Assembly: GCF_001194135.2 (NCBI RefSeq)
Contig: NC_068985.1
Location: forward strand, 29,420,479 to 29,461,660
DNA length: 41,182 nucleotides
Direction of reading: 5' to 3'
Source: Octopus bimaculoides
Taxonomy: Eukaryota
Shown here: one piece after another, positions 38,118-41,182 of the stretch
How positions within the stretch are numbered: the first letter of the stretch is position 1
Layout: each line of letters opens with the position of its first letter
Program-made: the position numbers and the translations under genes
Notes under the pieces: model-generated
What the model was told of the DNA's origin: nothing
The model's input: the letters and a program-made list of their open reading frames with translations, nothing else
The model's database searches: none

Positions 38118-38697
38118 CAGGGGTCGGGGAACTTTTTTAACCAATTACCGCAAAATATATTCATTTTTGCAGGCATTACCCTCTTGATTTGAAGAGAAGA
38201 AAATCATAGATTCTTTGAATTCAAAAGGTTTATTGAATCTATTTATATGGAGAATACAATTATAAATATAACAAGTATAAAACAAATGCAATAACATAAA
38301 TTAATATCCTCATTATGAAACAAAAGGATTTTTCTAGAAACTTTTTTATTTCAGGTTTTGGAGAAATGATGCTGTTTCAGTTTTACTACTATTACATCAA
38401 AATGGAACATTGGAGAATTTTGATGCCAGAGCAATTTGGATACAGTGTTCAGGGTCCTATCAATTTCTCTGCTTTATTTTAATGTTCATTAGAGTGGAAA
38501 GTCTTGTTCGCAAAGTAGGTTGTTGCAAAAGGCAGCAACATTTTGACTATCTCCTCATGCTAGAAGAAAAAATTCCATTGTAACAAGGAACATGTTTTTT
38601 TTTAATAATTTTACTTATGTCTGATGAGTTCTCATTACCCACAAGAACTTCATTTTTACCCCACTTGGGGTAATTTACTTTTGTTCACCAACCCCTG
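38118..38697. mobile_element. 580-bp non-autonomous hAT element
   Basis: TIRs caggggtcggggaac / gttcaccaacccctg match at 13/15. The 8-bp flanks ctttaact and atgtaact match at 6/8. A subterminal palindrome ttaccccacttggggtaa is present. Confidence 0.8.
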
Positions 38698-39038
38698 ATG
38701 TAACTGAACAACATGAGAAAAGGATACATGTCCTCAGTCTTTTAATTATGTATCTGTAATATGATTCTTTTTTTTTAATTAGTAATTATGGAAAAGAAAC
38801 AAAACTGTGTAGCCATTGTCAACAGAGGTGCGTTTATAACTCAGCCTATAACTCAAACATTTTTGAAATTGATCAAGAATAAGATTCACAACAGATTTTA
38901 TAAACTACTGGTTAACAAGACATCAAATTTCAAAACATTAGCTGAAGGTTATGCTGTCATTTAAAACTAGGACCTTGATTATATTATACTAGAATGTGTT
39001 ACATTCATAATATAAATAAAAGAAAAATTCATGCTTAC

Positions 39039-39052
39039 TTTGAGCTGAGCAT
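39039..39052 (-). CDS. candidate short upstream coding exon (ATG CTC AGC TCA AA, or 6-nt microexon 39039-39044)
   Basis: Strong donor AA|gtaagc, and the phase-2 end joins the 32554 exon as (M)LSSK-KRSSESL. A CAG preceded by a pyrimidine-rich tract sits 6 nt upstream of the donor. Not independently confirmed. Confidence 0.35.
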
Positions 39053-39164
39053 GAAGCCAAAGTTTGCAGGAAAGAAATACATAATCTTATTGGTACTAAT
39101 TTTTATTTACTTCAGATGAAAGAAAGCAAAATCAATGCAAACCTAATCTACTATTAGAGTAATG

Positions 39165-39375
39165 GCTTCAAATTTTGGTACAAGGCCAAGGATTTTGAAG
39201 GAGAGGATGTGTCAACTACATCAGCCCTGATACTCAACAAGTACTTATTTTATTGACCATGAAAGGATGAAAAGCAAAGTCAAACTTGGCAGCATTTGAA
39301 CTCAGAATGTAAAGCCAGAAGAAATGTCACTAAACGCTTTGTCCGGCGTGTTAACAATTCTGCCAGCTTGCCACC
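39165..39375 (-). mobile_element. SINE family B copy
   Basis: tacttattttattgaccatgaaaggatgaaaagcaaagtcaaacttggcagcatttgaactcagaa...ttctgccagcttgccacc. Confidence 0.85.
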
Positions 39376-39394
39376 ATATCTGGTATGAGATTAA

Positions 39395-39540
39395 TCTTTT
39401 CTACTATAGACACAAGGCCTGGAATTTTAGGGAAGGGAGCTAGTCGATTACATCGACCCCCATTGTGTAACTGATACTTATTTCATGAACCCCGAAAGGG
39501 TGAAAGGCAACGTTAACCTCGATGGAATTTGAACTCAGAA
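39395..39540 (-). mobile_element. headless SINE family B copy abutting mariner relic
   Basis: cacaaggcctggaattt...catcgacccc...cgaaagggtgaaaggcaacgttaacctcgatggaatttgaactcagaa, which then switches directly to mariner sequence. Confidence 0.8.
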
Positions 39541-39830
39541 ATCCTCCATTAAAAATAGAATGCACTGAACCTATGCTTATTCCCACTTGATGAGCAATTT
39601 CCTGGATTGTTACACATCAGTTTTCCATGACTATTTGCCAAACCTTCTCAATCGGCTCCTCGTTTGGGCTTGTGGATGGCCTGCCTGAGCATGCCCGGCT
39701 CTCCACTGAAGTGCAGCCATGTTTGAAGTGTTTCTGACACTCATTGATCTGAGTTTTGCCCATTGCATCCTCACCAGAGGCCTACTGAATCTTCTGTGTG
39801 GTTTGAGCTTGAGTATCACCAAGCTTTTGG
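39541..39830 (-). mobile_element. mariner transposase N-terminal (HTH) relic
   Basis: An alternative frame reads ...GEDAMGKTQINECQKHFKHGCTSVESRACSGRPSTSPNEEPIEKVWQIVMEN*CVTIQEIAHQVGISIGSVHSIF, the mariner HTH region with the SGRP motif. Confidence 0.88.
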
Positions 39831-39989
39831 TGATACTGGTATTAGAATAATGCTAGCTATTTTATATTAAATTACGGATAATAGAGTAAAACAAAAGTAC
39901 TTCAAAGGTATGCAACCAATTTAAACTCATTTTAAAGATATAAGTTCGAAGTTACTTTTTTATATGGCCAAAAGATTAAGTTCACTCTG

Positions 39990-40110
39990 CAATTAAGGGG
40001 TCCCAGGTTCAATCCTATCATGTGGCATTTTGAGTATGGTGCCTTTTACCTAAGCCTTGAGTCAACCTTCTTGTGAGTGACATTAGGTAGAGGGAAACTG
40101 TGTGGAAGGC
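39990..40110 (+). mobile_element. degraded SINE family A head/core
   Basis: gtcccaggttcaatcc...gtggcattttgag...ccttcttgtgagtgacattaggtagagggaaactg. Confidence 0.5.
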
Positions 40111-40606
40111 TTTCAAATGGTGTGTACTTGTAATTCAAAGAGCCAACATTGGCACAAACTGTTATACTACCTGAGAATTACATAAAGGGTACACATCCAC
40201 TTACACTCTAATTCAATCAAACAACTAAATGTTCATTATCAAATTCATGGAGATCCATTGACTCATTTATTTTTGAAGGATTATGTTTATTCTTAGTTTA
40301 TGCTGAACAAAGTTTGGCCAACTTTAGAAAGTTTTTGTTAGTTCTTAAGTGTTTCAACAGTCTTCTAATGGTAGTGAAACTGTAATATAACTATTAAACA
40401 TTTGCTACTCAGAAATGTTACAGCTTAATTTCTTTATCCAATTTCCATATTTATTATATAATAAATAGAGAAGATGCAAACAGAAGAAACAAAACTATAT
40501 TCAGAAAATTTATTTTGGCTAATTAGGTTGAAGTCATAAGACCAAAGTTTATTTAACACACTATTATGTATTCACATAAAAATAAATGAAGGTAAAAATA
40601 CAGATG

Positions 40607-40638
<32 letters not shown>

Positions 40639-41104
40639 TATTGACACACATACACTATGCATATAGGAAAATTTTTAAAGAAATACATATTAAACATATA
40701 ACATTGCAAGGAACATAAGCGAAAAAATACTCGACATTTTTATTAAAAAAATAGAAAAAATGTACTTGCAGAAAAGTCTTGATATTTTTAAATGTTTGCA
40801 GGCTTTACTATAAGCACATATCTTGCTTCGTATACATTAGCAAAAATAAATGTGAATATGTATCTAAATGTACAATCATACACATATGTTGCCACAGACA
40901 AAGTAGATTACCATCTTAAATCACAAATTTCCATGTCCAGATCATTCACTGTCGGATATTCAAACAGTAAATTTCAGTGGCATCTATAAATAGGTAGTAA
41001 GTAATCGATCAAAACTATTCTGTCTTTTTGACAGTTTAATATTTATCTAAAAATGCATTTCTAGAATATATTTAATCTTCCAATCAAGTCACTAAATAGC
41101 CTAT

Positions 41105-41137
41105 ATGTCTATATATATATATACATATAAACATATA

Positions 41138-41182
<45 letters not shown>
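41105..41182. repeat. (TA)n microsatellite running to window end
   Basis: Direct reading of the sequence. Confidence 0.95.

Noticed and set aside
39631-39822. 63-aa ORF MVILKLKPHRR... as a gene exon
   Set aside because: Another frame of the same DNA is clearly a mariner transposase HTH region.

Overview
AT-rich eukaryotic genomic DNA with many microsatellites, very likely octopus (inferred from the SINE/RTE repeat families). The window is almost entirely intronic. It lies inside one large minus-strand gene, most likely a GRAMD1/Aster-type ER sterol transporter. Two well-supported N-terminal coding exons (32554-32435 and 8827-8377) splice in frame across a ~23.6 kb intron and end in ...KKRKSSSWYS, the motif that precedes the GRAM domain. 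The GRAM exon itself is not in the window. The rest is transposon debris: RTE LINE fragments and 3' tails, two mariner relics, a Tc1/maT-like fragment, at least three tRNA-derived SINE families, and four MITE-type DNA elements with visible TIRs and TSDs. There are also several long fold-back structures. I found no prokaryotic system, CRISPR array or intact transposon. The most interesting leads are (i) candidate micro/cassette exons that keep the gene's reading frame and (ii) a repeated head-to-head RTE-tail palindrome architecture that would form long intronic dsRNA. Both are inferences needing RNA data or a repeat-library search. Family names are recalled from memory, not from a database search, and the ends of degraded repeats are approximate.
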